Shown here piece by piece: positions 31,761 through 40,446 of a stretch of DNA of 64,000 nt (position 1 is its first letter; every line of letters begins with the position of its first letter). Made by a program: the position numbers and the translations under genes. Below the pieces are notes generated by a model that did not search any database, was not told where the DNA came from, and worked only from the letters and a program-made list of their open reading frames with translations. The DNA comes from an uncultured Rhodobacterales bacterium (GTDB lineage: Bacteria; Pseudomonadota; Alphaproteobacteria; Rhodobacterales; Rhodobacteraceae), in the NCBI GenBank assembly GCA_964499865.1, contig CAZCPY010000001.1:102238-166237 (forward strand), given 5' to 3'.

Positions 31761-34700
31761 CTGATATTAATTACGACGCGGATAGCATCTTTCAATATCT
31801 GCCGTCATTTTGGCGAGAGCACTATAAAAGCAGGGACCAGCTAGAGGCCGTGTATGAGGCCGCACTCCGTGCGTTGGATGTCGACTTCGCTGTATTGGCA
31901 CAAACGGACGATTCTAAAGACGGCGCGTCCTTAACCAGCACAACTCGTTATCCGGTCGTCTACCAGGATCTACCGAAGTGGGTATCGAACCTAACGAATC
32001 ACCAACATGCTAGATTTGATCTCCCGTGGCCGGCTCCCGTAGCCGGTACGCATAATCTATACTTACCAGCAGTATTCGTACCTGAAGGGGCTTCGCAAGT
32101 ATTTTGCTTAAATGGAGTATCTGTCCCCACATCATTGTTCCAGTCTCGCGTAGCAACGTGGTATACTGGAGGTCAATTCGTCATAGGTACTATATTATCG
32201 TGTCGTCAAACGACGCTAAATAAGTACGTTTCCGGTGACTTTCCTACGACACAGGCTTCTGAATATTCGTTGATAACGGATGTTGATGATATTACAACAT
32301 TTACGTGCGTCGTCGACTCTTTCCGAAACATATCTTTGTTCGACGGGGACGGTACGAAGACGGACTTCGCCGCGTCGCAGGCAACCATTGACACCATCGA
32401 TTCAGAAGTTTATATAGATTCAGTAGATGTTCTGCCGCAGCTCACAGTAACGTATCAAGGAGCGATGGCGCGCCTGACACCGAAAACACCTATAGGTAAG
32501 AATAATAGGTTAGAGTTACGTTTTTCTAATGGGGAGATTAAGACCGTCTCTTCCGGTCCTGGAAATAAACCAATCGACGTACCTATTCAGGTTGGAGCTA
32601 CGCTACAGTCGGCGCGTATTCAAGTCAATTTTCGAATCAAACCGGATGACATCGTCGTACGCAGTGAATCTATTGTTCTAAAACAACCTCTGTTCGACGG
32701 AGCGGTTATTCGCGTATCGGATCCGTCTGGTACTCAGGTAGTATCCGTATATAACGGTAATACGTCTATTCGTTTACCGTCTAAGATCGACCCTACCGCC
32801 GCCAGAGTCTTCTTGTATAACATCGACCTAACTGTCGATCCTCTGACAGATTCCAGCCTGTCGTTCTCTCGGGCGCCAGCTACTGGTGTTCGCATTCAAC
32901 TCCGAGAGGCCGCTTACGCAGATCATACGCATAAGAAATTGTCCGTAACGGTAGCGGCGGCAGTTTCAGTTGTCTCCTTACCTGACGCGCCGACTGGGTT
33001 GGTAGAGGTATATCTCAATGGTCGACTCCTAGCGCCGTCTGACTATACGATTAGTAATCAAACGATCTTAAAGGCATCAGGGACTTTCGCGGTAAATGAC
33101 AAGTTGATTATCTTCTATCAGGATTTCGAGAATCCTGTTAGACATTTTCACTCTTACGCCAGTTATAACCGCGCCCCCGGCGCGCCGGATCAATCGACAT
33201 TTGAGCTCGATAAAGCGGCCACTTCCGGTATGGCCGAGAAGGTGTATCTAAACGGACTACTAGCGAGTAACTACGCGATAGTTAATGAGACGTTCGTTAG
33301 ATTCGATGAAGAAATTTCGGCGGAGGATGGCGCCATCGTCCAGGCTCGCATACCGACTAGGTCTTTCGCGTACAGTCACGACATCCCGATAAGGACTCAT
33401 GCGGCGTATAACTATTCAGGACAGCTCGTGTCGGCGACAACGCTGCAGGACAAATTAGCTGATCCGTCGCTAACTTTAGACTCGACACAATTTCAGCTTG
33501 ATGTTGTGCCTGGCGTCAGCACTACGCTATCTACCGACTTCTTACGCAACTACTTCTGGTTTGTTGATGCCCGCGTAGATGAGAAGATTCCAGAGAAGGT
33601 CTGGGGCCAAGATATCGGTCTTATTCAAGTAACATCCCCAGAGTATGCACGATTAGTGGCTGCTATAAGGTATTCTCTGTTCCAACCGTCAACAACAGAG
33701 AACTTAGAGAACTACGGCTCAATCTTATTAGGATCTAACTTTACGACGGAGGAGGCCGTCTCGGCCGGGATCTCGGGGTCTGTAAACGGCCAGCAACTGA
33801 ATTTGGTTCCTGTGAACGCCCCGCAAACGACTACATCGATTGAGCTACTTCCGGGCGTGCCGACACGGATTAAAGAGGCCCCGCAGAAGTTGCCAAGATT
33901 CTGGGCGGTAAACAAGTTAGTCGATGTCAAGGATGGCGCCGATCTTAAAGAGGTCAAATGGCTGGCACATTTTGCAGCCGACCTAAGCGGTGATTACGGA
34001 TTTGCTAAGAGACTCGACGTAACGGAGCCGCTTGTTATCGACGGCTATGCGACGTCGTTTGATAATGAAACTGGCGTATTAACCGACTTGATAACAGACT
34101 TTCAAGCAAACGAGGTCCGTCCCGGCGACCTAATTTGTTTTAATACGTTGTTTGTGACGAGTGAAACGTCAGAGTCGGTCGGCTATCTATTTGACGGTAA
34201 AGGCTTTTCTTTGGTGAGCTCACTTGAGTATCTGGCGCCGTCGCCTGGATTCTCTAATGGCCGGATTCGAGTTAGATTGCCAATAGCCGGGCTGTTGACG
34301 AACACATTTGTTTCCGTAGGCGGTGCTGACGGGTCTCAATGGCAATTAAGCATAGATGGCTCCGGAACTGTAACGACATCGCTAATCGACGCATCTCCGC
34401 CGACACCGGGCACGCCCATTCTTGTGGCTGGTGATGGTGGCACGTTATGGTCAATTGTCGTAGATCCAACTGACGGTGCGTTAGTGTCCACCGCGGTCAG
34501 TCCGGCATCGGTGCCTGATATATTCATGTACGGTGACGGCGCCAGGTGGAAGCTATTCGTTGACCTATCTGGCGCGCTAACACCACAGGCCTCGCCAACA
34601 CCCGTACTAGTGTCCGGTACAGACGGAAATATATGGAGTATTACGACTAATTCGGCTGGACTACTAATACCGGTTTTAGTCGGCGCGGGGTCAGCTGCGA

Positions 34701-37081
34701 CAGTATATGCGAAAGGATCTAACGGTGGTCTTTGGATGGTTGTCTACAACCCCATAGATGGTCTAGTCGGTACTCTTGTGACGCCTACTCCGGCAACTCC
34801 TCCGCCAGATCTTGTGGTTTATGGGGCTAACGGTACAGTGTGGAAGATTGTGTTCAGTGATGTAGCTCCAGTAGGAACACTTTCAACTGTCGAGACGTCG
34901 CTCGCGTCCTTGTTGGGCGCGGATCGTTTCGCGCCGGGTAAATTCTTCATGGTGTCTGGATCGGATAGCTGGAGTGTTCCGTTGGCAGAGGCTGCCTACC
35001 AGGTGTCTGCAAGTTATGAGACGAATTCTGAGTTCATAATTGAAGCTCCTTGGATAAAAGAGAATGCTCCGTCTCCGAGTACGCTTACGGCGAGCGGCCT
35101 ATCCGTGTCTGGCGTAAGCGTAGTGATTACGCTCGGGTCGCCATTGATCGAAAGTGCTGCTAAATACACATTAGTAAAGGATGTCCTCGATAAACACCGC
35201 TTAGTCATAGATTTTGAGTTTGCGTCTGATGAGCTGTATACGACGGGAACTGCTTACGGTCAGGGCGGGTACGGTAAGAACACGTATGGCGGCGGTGTAG
35301 TAAAAAACACGATAAGTTCGTATAAGTTATTCTCTAGGCGCACGCGGACCATGGACGCCTATCTATACCTAGACGAAGCGCTACCTGAAGGTGTCGCGTG
35401 GTCGAAAGGAGAGACTATAGAACTCCTAAATTCTCAATTTGCTGAAATACTTCGCCACAATGTGTTTGCGGTTGAGTATGATTGGCGCGCGCCTCGAACA
35501 CTCGAGACTCTTGAGTATTTGGGCACTTTAGTTGATAGGCTTAAATCAGCTGAAACTAGAGCGATCATTTACACAGAGGCCTATAAAGACTCGGACAGTT
35601 TGATCGATAACGTCAGCAGCAAAATACAACGAGATGATGCGGTAGATCCGAGTTTTTCCGCCGGCCCGGTTGTTGACGCGTTCACGGTTGGAGAGAGCTT
35701 CGTCGACGGGGATAATATTGATGCGGCATTTTCTGTGTTTACAGCGAACCCGTACCAGTACACGCTCGGACCGGCCATAGAGACGATGGCTGCGAAGACC
35801 GTTGTGCCGATGGTTTATGGCGGGTTGTACCTTGTCGGGCCGGTTTCGGCTATCGGCGGCCCGTCCCTGTGGTTTAGAACATTCACAAATACTAAAGGTC
35901 TGGAGAACGAAGTGCTGCGCTTGGTAGGTTCTCAAGCAGATCATTCTTGGGTTTTAGATAGCGGCACGGCGACTAGAATATCTCCGGCTATACGCTTGAT
36001 CGATCGTTCACTTCGTATAGACTCGGTAGGTGTGCCGAATCGAACTTTCCAGACTCCCCAGACACTAACATATACACAAGGGGACCCGCTATCCGTTAAT
36101 TTCTGGTACAGACCCTCGGTGAGTACTCGAACAGTTGGTTCGGACCTTAGTTTGTTAACCTGGGGCCCGTTCAATATCGGTGTTAGAGTAGAATCCGATG
36201 GCTCACTTCGTCTTTATGCAAAGACGACTAATGCTACGGACGGCAGAGCTGATTCCACGTCGAGTTGGGCGGCCGGCTATCAGTTATCAGTGGATGATGC
36301 GCTAGTGGCCGATCCGACCCCGCCCGCAGAAGGTGATCCGGTCGTACCGGAGCCCACCGCACCGACTGAAGTGTTAGATGGCAGACTCATTCTAGGCATA
36401 TGGCATAACATTACTGTCACATACAGCGTCGTCGCCGGAAAAGGTAAGATCCGCCTATACATAAACGGAATCCTTACAGGAGAGAATAGCACCCCGGGAC
36501 CGGCTATAGATTCGCTTCTAGTGACGCTAGCTCAAAGTATTCATATCAACTCCAACGGCGTAGATAATCACGCACAGGGTGATTTCCAGCAGATCATGCT
36601 GTTCGTAGATCACTTATTGAGTACCGATAAAATCGAGGAGTTTGCGGAGAGCAACTTGGTACAAGCCGTTGGTGTCAAATTTGACGGTACAGTATTAGCG
36701 CCGGAAGGGGCTACGTCTGTTCTTCAGTTCTTCGACGATGAGCTTGAAATAACTGACTACAGTGGTAACGGGTTCGTAGCTAAAAAAGAAGGACCGGCCG
36801 CTTCTTCTGATTGGCGAGTGTCCGACGGTGCGATCGCCGACAAGAGAAAGAGAGTCGGCGATCTTCACTCAATCAAACCGGCCGGTTTGATTTTCTACAA
36901 CGGAGCCGTATTAAGTCAAGGCCAGGTACTAGCAGCCAGTTTTGATGAGTCGGTAGGATCCGCCTCGTTTACTCCGCCCGCGTTTTGGTACACTTACAGC
37001 TCAGGAGGCTGGCAGCGCGTACTGCCGAGCCTCCCGAGTGTTGGTGCGTCAATAGAAGTTGACGACTCTACCGTGCTTTAA
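31757..37081 (+). CDS. tail fibre / baseplate-distal protein (1774 aa) with LamG/ConA-like domain
   Basis: ATGA overlap with the J-like gene. Six internal repeats. Near 36080-36620, LSVNFWYRP…GIWHNITVTY…IRLYINGILTG looks like a laminin-G/concanavalin jelly-roll. Confidence 0.75.
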   Translation: MTDINYDADSIFQYLPSFWREHYKSRDQLEAVYEAALRALDVDFAVLAQTDDSKDGASLTSTTRYPVVYQDLPKWVSNLTNHQHARFDLPWPAPVAGTHNLYLPAVFVPEGASQVFCLNGVSVPTSLFQSRVATWYTGGQFVIGTILSCRQTTLNKYVSGDFPTTQASEYSLITDVDDITTFTCVVDSFRNISLFDGDGTKTDFAASQATIDTIDSEVYIDSVDVLPQLTVTYQGAMARLTPKTPIGKNNRLELRFSNGEIKTVSSGPGNKPIDVPIQVGATLQSARIQVNFRIKPDDIVVRSESIVLKQPLFDGAVIRVSDPSGTQVVSVYNGNTSIRLPSKIDPTAARVFLYNIDLTVDPLTDSSLSFSRAPATGVRIQLREAAYADHTHKKLSVTVAAAVSVVSLPDAPTGLVEVYLNGRLLAPSDYTISNQTILKASGTFAVNDKLIIFYQDFENPVRHFHSYASYNRAPGAPDQSTFELDKAATSGMAEKVYLNGLLASNYAIVNETFVRFDEEISAEDGAIVQARIPTRSFAYSHDIPIRTHAAYNYSGQLVSATTLQDKLADPSLTLDSTQFQLDVVPGVSTTLSTDFLRNYFWFVDARVDEKIPEKVWGQDIGLIQVTSPEYARLVAAIRYSLFQPSTTENLENYGSILLGSNFTTEEAVSAGISGSVNGQQLNLVPVNAPQTTTSIELLPGVPTRIKEAPQKLPRFWAVNKLVDVKDGADLKEVKWLAHFAADLSGDYGFAKRLDVTEPLVIDGYATSFDNETGVLTDLITDFQANEVRPGDLICFNTLFVTSETSESVGYLFDGKGFSLVSSLEYLAPSPGFSNGRIRVRLPIAGLLTNTFVSVGGADGSQWQLSIDGSGTVTTSLIDASPPTPGTPILVAGDGGTLWSIVVDPTDGALVSTAVSPASVPDIFMYGDGARWKLFVDLSGALTPQASPTPVLVSGTDGNIWSITTNSAGLLIPVLVGAGSAATVYAKGSNGGLWMVVYNPIDGLVGTLVTPTPATPPPDLVVYGANGTVWKIVFSDVAPVGTLSTVETSLASLLGADRFAPGKFFMVSGSDSWSVPLAEAAYQVSASYETNSEFIIEAPWIKENAPSPSTLTASGLSVSGVSVVITLGSPLIESAAKYTLVKDVLDKHRLVIDFEFASDELYTTGTAYGQGGYGKNTYGGGVVKNTISSYKLFSRRTRTMDAYLYLDEALPEGVAWSKGETIELLNSQFAEILRHNVFAVEYDWRAPRTLETLEYLGTLVDRLKSAETRAIIYTEAYKDSDSLIDNVSSKIQRDDAVDPSFSAGPVVDAFTVGESFVDGDNIDAAFSVFTANPYQYTLGPAIETMAAKTVVPMVYGGLYLVGPVSAIGGPSLWFRTFTNTKGLENEVLRLVGSQADHSWVLDSGTATRISPAIRLIDRSLRIDSVGVPNRTFQTPQTLTYTQGDPLSVNFWYRPSVSTRTVGSDLSLLTWGPFNIGVRVESDGSLRLYAKTTNATDGRADSTSSWAAGYQLSVDDALVADPTPPAEGDPVVPEPTAPTEVLDGRLILGIWHNITVTYSVVAGKGKIRLYINGILTGENSTPGPAIDSLLVTLAQSIHINSNGVDNHAQGDFQQIMLFVDHLLSTDKIEEFAESNLVQAVGVKFDGTVLAPEGATSVLQFFDDELEITDYSGNGFVAKKEGPAASSDWRVSDGAIADKRKRVGDLHSIKPAGLIFYNGAVLSQGQVLAASFDESVGSASFTPPAFWYTYSSGGWQRVLPSLPSVGASIEVDDSTVL
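34310..34894 (+). repeat. six tandem ~30-35-aa repeats within the fibre protein
   Basis: Units follow h-h-x-G-x-(D/N)G-x-x-W-x-h-x-h…G-x-L, e.g. ILVAGDGGTLWSIVVDPTDGALV, VLVSGTDGNIWSITTNSAGLLI, LVVYGANGTVWKIVFS. Confidence 0.6.
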
Positions 37082-37593
37082 AGTTGTTGAAGAATGGTCA
37101 CGCTAGTGTCTTCGAAGACAATCAGCACGGGCCCGCACGTAACCATGAGTCGCTTTTCGTTTGCCGGCTGATCCGCCGTAGCGATGAAGACTGTGTCGTC
37201 CTCATTAGTCCGCGCCCCGATACTAAGAGGCGCGAACACAAACGGCTCGTCCTCATAAACAGGCATCTTGGGAATATTCAGTGAGCGATACGCCACGGAA
37301 CTGCTTCTGTCAGAGAAGTGAATATTGATATGTACGTCCAGCTGGCCTGAGACGACGTAACATTCGATCACCAGACTTGTATATTCGTCCGTCACGTCAT
37401 CGCAGGTCATCGGGTAATCGGCGTGTACGCTACTACCCTGCAGTTCGACACGGTCTAGGCGGAAATCGTTGACTTCGCCGTCGTCCGACGGCATGTCATT
37501 AACCAAGTCAAGAATTTGTTTTTTGGTCCACGCAATGTGACCGAGAACGAGGTAGTCTTGTTTGAAAGTCAGTGTTGCTTTTTGTTGTGACAT
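37078..37593 (-). CDS. hypothetical protein
   Basis: 171-aa ORF with ATG start, convergent with the fibre gene (4-nt overlap). Confidence 0.55.
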   Translation of the reverse strand: MSQQKATLTFKQDYLVLGHIAWTKKQILDLVNDMPSDDGEVNDFRLDRVELQGSSVHADYPMTCDDVTDEYTSLVIECYVVSGQLDVHINIHFSDRSSSVAYRSLNIPKMPVYEDEPFVFAPLSIGARTNEDDTVFIATADQPANEKRLMVTCGPVLIVFEDTSVTILQQL

Positions 37594-37600
37594 GGCACGA

Positions 37601-37678
37601 TTATTTTTTTTCGTAGTAGCCTGTGATGCAGCCAGCTAAAGCTATAGCCGCGATGAGTATGAGAAGAGGACCAGGCAT
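37601..37678 (-). CDS. possible 25-aa lipobox micro-protein
   Basis: TGATG overlap with the upstream stop. Product is MPGPLLILIAAIALAGCITGYYEKK, containing L-A-G-C. Confidence 0.3.
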   Translation of the reverse strand: MPGPLLILIAAIALAGCITGYYEKK

Positions 37679-37962
37679 CAATTTCCGGTCTCCTCTGCCA
37701 AGATCGTAATCACAAGACTATCCCACGCTCCATAGGTATTATCTAGAAGCCCGTGTACGTGGTCAGTAATTCTTGCGAGTACGTGCCGAGCTGTTTCATT
37801 ACGCCCGATCGTTCCGAGTTCAGATGGCACTTCTATTGTTTCTTCAATATTAAGCCAATCATCGTCGGTAGACGTGCATGACCTGTCGTTTCCTTGTAGT
37901 GGGGTAGTGCTGTCGATAAACATCGACAGCGGGTCGCAGCTGTAAGAAATCGTTATACGCAT
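37678..37962 (-). CDS. hypothetical protein
   Basis: 94-aa ORF with ATG start, contiguous with the upstream gene. Confidence 0.5.
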   Translation of the reverse strand: MRITISYSCDPLSMFIDSTTPLQGNDRSCTSTDDDWLNIEETIEVPSELGTIGRNETARHVLARITDHVHGLLDNTYGAWDSLVITILAEETGN

Positions 37963-38187
37963 TTACCGAACTCTTGGTGTCGGAACCGACTTTGCGGCCG
38001 GCTTTTCAACGACAACCTTCACAGGGGGTTTTGGGTCAACACTGAGCTTACCGTACCTATCCACTGCATTGACCGCCAACATAACGGCCAGTATGATGAG
38101 TGCCACAAGCTGTAGCCGATTGATACGGCGCAAGCGCCTGAATTTCTGATCTGTCGTGAATAGTAGGTATTCGTTAGAGCTCGACAT
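37963..38187 (-). CDS. single-pass membrane protein
   Basis: 74 aa with the hydrophobic stretch LQLVALIILAVMLAV. Confidence 0.5.
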   Translation of the reverse strand: MSSSNEYLLFTTDQKFRRLRRINRLQLVALIILAVMLAVNAVDRYGKLSVDPKPPVKVVVEKPAAKSVPTPRVR

Positions 38188-38263
38188 TTTGTCCGATGCC
38201 TAGGGCAGTAAAGATGAGTCGAATGATAAATCCGATTAGGAGTCCGCCGATGACGTAGATCAT
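38174..38263 (-). CDS. possible 29-aa hydrophobic micro-protein
   Basis: Product is MIYVIGGLLIGFIIRLIFTALGIGQNVEL. Its 3' end overlaps the next start. Confidence 0.3.
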   Translation of the reverse strand: MIYVIGGLLIGFIIRLIFTALGIGQNVEL

Positions 38264-38354
38264 TTTTTGTAGTTCAGTTGTTTTGAGGTGCAGAGAGTCG
38301 AACCCGACTCAAAGAAAATAGGGCTAAGTCTACTTATTTCGTGTTCTTACATTG

Positions 38355-38364
38355 TCTTATGACC
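38355..38364 (-). promoter_or_regulatory. promoter-like motif variant (GGTCATAAGA)
   Basis: Minus strand reads ACAAAAGGTCATAAGACAATG, downstream of array 3 and upstream of the 38263 micro-ORF block. Confidence 0.3.
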
Positions 38365-38408
38365 TTTTGTTAGGGTTGATTTTCACATAGCAGTTTCGTT
38401 GAGTTGTC

Positions 38409-38552
38409 TTAGTGTTTTATTCCCTTTCGGCGCCAGGTCCCGTCACCGTTACTCAGCTCTCCGTACCCGTTTCCTTCCACAGTCCCATAACCGTTCCCGT
38501 ACCCGTCTCCAACTCCATACTCGTCGCCAGTTCCGAAATTATTAATCTTCAA
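38409..38552 (-). CDS. Gly/Tyr-rich small protein, array 3 member 2 (47 aa)
   Basis: TTGA overlap. Product is MKINNFGTGDEYGVGDGYGNGYGTVEGNGYGELSNGDGTWRRKGIKH. Ends with TAA and has no following junction. Confidence 0.6.
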   Translation of the reverse strand: MKINNFGTGDEYGVGDGYGNGYGTVEGNGYGELSNGDGTWRRKGIKH

Positions 38553-38665
38553 TGTCTTACTCCTCCTTTTCCTCTTCCAGTCCAGTAGTGAGGTCCGCAC
38601 CCATATCCGTACCCGTAACCATCTCCAAACCCATACCCAAACAAACTCCAATGTCCATTCCCGTA
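38491..38665. repeat. 175-nt segment identical to 15032-15206
   Basis: Perfect identity read directly. Same orientation, 23,459 nt apart. Confidence 0.9.
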
Positions 38666-38728
38666 TCCACGACCATATCCGTCCCCACTTATGAATCTGT
38701 TTCCATTTCCGAAGTCGTTAATCTTCAA
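38549..38728 (-). CDS. Gly/Tyr-rich small protein, array 3 member 1 (59 aa), mosaic
   Basis: TTG is preceded by GGAAAAGGAGAAAAACA. The N-terminus MKINDFGNGNRF matches array 2 member C. The C-terminal half GNGHWSLFGYGFGDGYGYGYGCGPHYWTGRGKGGVRH matches array 1 member 8. Confidence 0.65.
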   Translation of the reverse strand: MKINDFGNGNRFISGDGYGRGYGNGHWSLFGYGFGDGYGYGYGCGPHYWTGRGKGGVRH

Positions 38729-38763
38729 TGTTTTTCTCCTTTTCCGTTCCCGTCGTGCCGCGC

Positions 38764-38778
38764 ATTTATGCAACCACA
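38764..38778 (-). promoter_or_regulatory. promoter-like motif variant (TGTGGTTGCATAAAT) upstream of array 3
   Basis: Lies about 35 nt upstream of the first array 3 start. Confidence 0.3.
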
Positions 38779-38916
38779 ATCGTCAGCAGACCAGCCGGCA
38801 GTTTTACTATCGACTGTCGCTATTATTTTGGTTTGTTCAGACTATTTAACTGACGTACTACTTCGGCCCGATCTTTGGGCCGCAAGCACAACAGTAGTCG
38901 ACCCGCCGCTCTAGAC

Positions 38917-39339
38917 TCAACAGTCGTTGATGCAGATTTGGAATCCTTCATCGTAAGGTCCAATAGTTATGAAGGTATGGTGATCTAGCCACACGGTAAC
39001 GTACGGATGTTCGCACGCGTAAATACTCTCTTGATACGGGAACGTGGTAATTGGGTGCTCGCCTCGTAGATGTACGGACACATCGTATGCGTGCGCCACG
39101 TCGACCGTTTTAAACTCATCGAAACTGGTCACGCCATTTACTGTATACACGGTCGTGTTTCGCAGAGTCAACTTCTTATCTAAGTTGCAGTACTCTACGA
39201 TCATGTTGAAGGCGGCTCGTTTTAGGCTTATTTCCAGCCTAACCGTGCCACCGCTCGTTTGCTCCTTATTAATCGAGACGGTGCATAGTGATGAGGACGG
39301 ATTTTTGTACGGCTGCACAGTATAGACAGTGCTGGTCAT
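38917..39339 (-). CDS. hypothetical protein
   Basis: 140-aa ORF with ATG start. Confidence 0.55.
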   Translation of the reverse strand: MTSTVYTVQPYKNPSSSLCTVSINKEQTSGGTVRLEISLKRAAFNMIVEYCNLDKKLTLRNTTVYTVNGVTSFDEFKTVDVAHAYDVSVHLRGEHPITTFPYQESIYACEHPYVTVWLDHHTFITIGPYDEGFQICINDC

Positions 39340-39566
39340 AGTAGTGGTGTTTCTAGCTCTTTCAGGATCTGGAACAGGGGAGTGTTTTTTCTAATTAGCG
39401 TTGCGAGCCGCCATTGTTGCGTCTTAATCGCTCGTTTCCGACGCGCTCTCGGTAGTTTTAAAGCGCGCAGAGTCCTTTGGATTAACGAGTACCGGCTACC
39501 AGTACCGTGTTTGGTCCGGATATCGCTAAGTAGTCTTGATTGAATGGAATTCCTTTCTTGATCCAT
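39336..39566 (-). CDS. uncertain small basic ORF
   Basis: 76-aa ORF that overlaps the 3' end of the methyltransferase gene by 85 nt. It fills the 39340-39481 gap, but the start is unclear. Confidence 0.3.
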   Translation of the reverse strand: MDQERNSIQSRLLSDIRTKHGTGSRYSLIQRTLRALKLPRARRKRAIKTQQWRLATLIRKNTPLFQILKELETPLL

Positions 39567-39979
39567 AAATTGGTTACAGACGCCACAGCGGTGTTCTGCT
39601 TATCTGGACCGCACCAAATGTTACAACATGGAACAATAACAACTGTGCGCTTTGCTGCAGCAGTTGCGATCTCGTAGGAGGCACCGTCTGGATGCATACC
39701 GACGATCAGATCGTACACCTCTGCTTGCGTATGGCAGAAACATGTCTGAATTCTAGGTAGTTCCGCGATGCTTAACTTACGTCGCAGCTGGCGTCTTTGG
39801 GCCTTAGACAAACCAGTCTTTCTCGGGTCAATGACCGTTGGTTGGTAACCTAGTTTTAGTAGTTCGAGGGATAGCTCTCCCTTTCCGCCTGCCACATCGG
39901 CGACTCGCTTGTAATGTTGCGGTGGGAATGTCCCGTGCAGAAATTCTGCGAACTTGGTAGCGCGCGCTTTGTCACCCAT
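39482..39979 (-). CDS. SAM-dependent methyltransferase (class I-like)
   Basis: Motif I-like VADVAGGKGELSLEL, an acidic-loop-like TVIDP, and DLIVGMHPD. Target unknown. Confidence 0.55.
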   Translation of the reverse strand: MGDKARATKFAEFLHGTFPPQHYKRVADVAGGKGELSLELLKLGYQPTVIDPRKTGLSKAQRRQLRRKLSIAELPRIQTCFCHTQAEVYDLIVGMHPDGASYEIATAAAKRTVVIVPCCNIWCGPDKQNTAVASVTNLWIKKGIPFNQDYLAISGPNTVLVAGTR

Positions 39980-40038
39980 GATTTAAAAATGAGAGTCGAA
40001 CACCGTAAGCCCTAGACGGGCCTAAAGGTATTCAACTC

Positions 40039-40050
40039 TCTTATGACACA
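40039..40050 (-). promoter_or_regulatory. promoter-like motif variant (TGTGTCATAAGA)
   Basis: Minus strand reads CGATAAAAGCTAGTCTGGCTGTGTCATAAGAGAG, about 60 nt upstream of the start at 39979. Confidence 0.35.
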
Positions 40051-40116
40051 GCCAGACTAGCTTTTATCGGGTGCCGGAGGCTAACCGACCAATGGGCTGG
40101 ACAACGCGCATCTTGC

Positions 40117-40410
40117 TCATGTCTCCTGGTTTGGTTTTTGTAGGTGGTTGACGACGAGCTGTGCGTAGCCTGCGATGTCGACCCAGTTATCCAAATACTC
40201 TGGATCGCCGTTTAGAATTCGGCTGAACTTGGTAATGATCATGAGCAGAGCTTTGAACTGCGGCGTCTCTACGTTGAGCGCGTCGTCTCCTCTTCTCTCC
40301 GCATAATACAGCAGTAAACGAAGAAACGCTCCGGTGATTTCAGCATTAGCCGCAAACGCACCGTAGCGCTTCCCTCTGTTTTCTAATACTTGTGTAACTT
40401 CCGTGGTCAT
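40117..40410 (-). CDS. conserved small phage protein (R-x-x-YG … K-x-S-R … D-x-A-GYA pattern)
   Basis: Start trimmed to the ATG at 40410 (MTTEVTQ), because the track start lies inside the promoter-like motif. Confidence 0.5.
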   Translation of the reverse strand: MTTEVTQVLENRGKRYGAFAANAEITGAFLRLLLYYAERRGDDALNVETPQFKALLMIITKFSRILNGDPEYLDNWVDIAGYAQLVVNHLQKPNQET

Positions 40411-40418
40411 AGCACATA

Positions 40419-40430
40419 ACTTATGCCACA
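40419..40430 (-). promoter_or_regulatory. promoter-like motif TGTGGCATAAGT
   Basis: Lies only 8 nt upstream of the ATG at 40410, which would imply a very short or absent leader. Confidence 0.35.
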
Positions 40431-40446
40431 CGAATTAGCAGTATTA

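Noticed and set aside
38290-38312. tRNA-like 3' fragment on the minus strand (GAGTCGGGTTCGACTCTCTGCACCTCA), with a GGTTCGA T-loop-like core.
   Set aside because: No matching 5' acceptor strand, D-arm or anticodon arm lies about 70 nt upstream. The T-stem would have mismatches. The sequence folds more simply as a 5-bp hairpin (GAGTC/GACTC). At most it is a decayed tRNA remnant or a leader hairpin.
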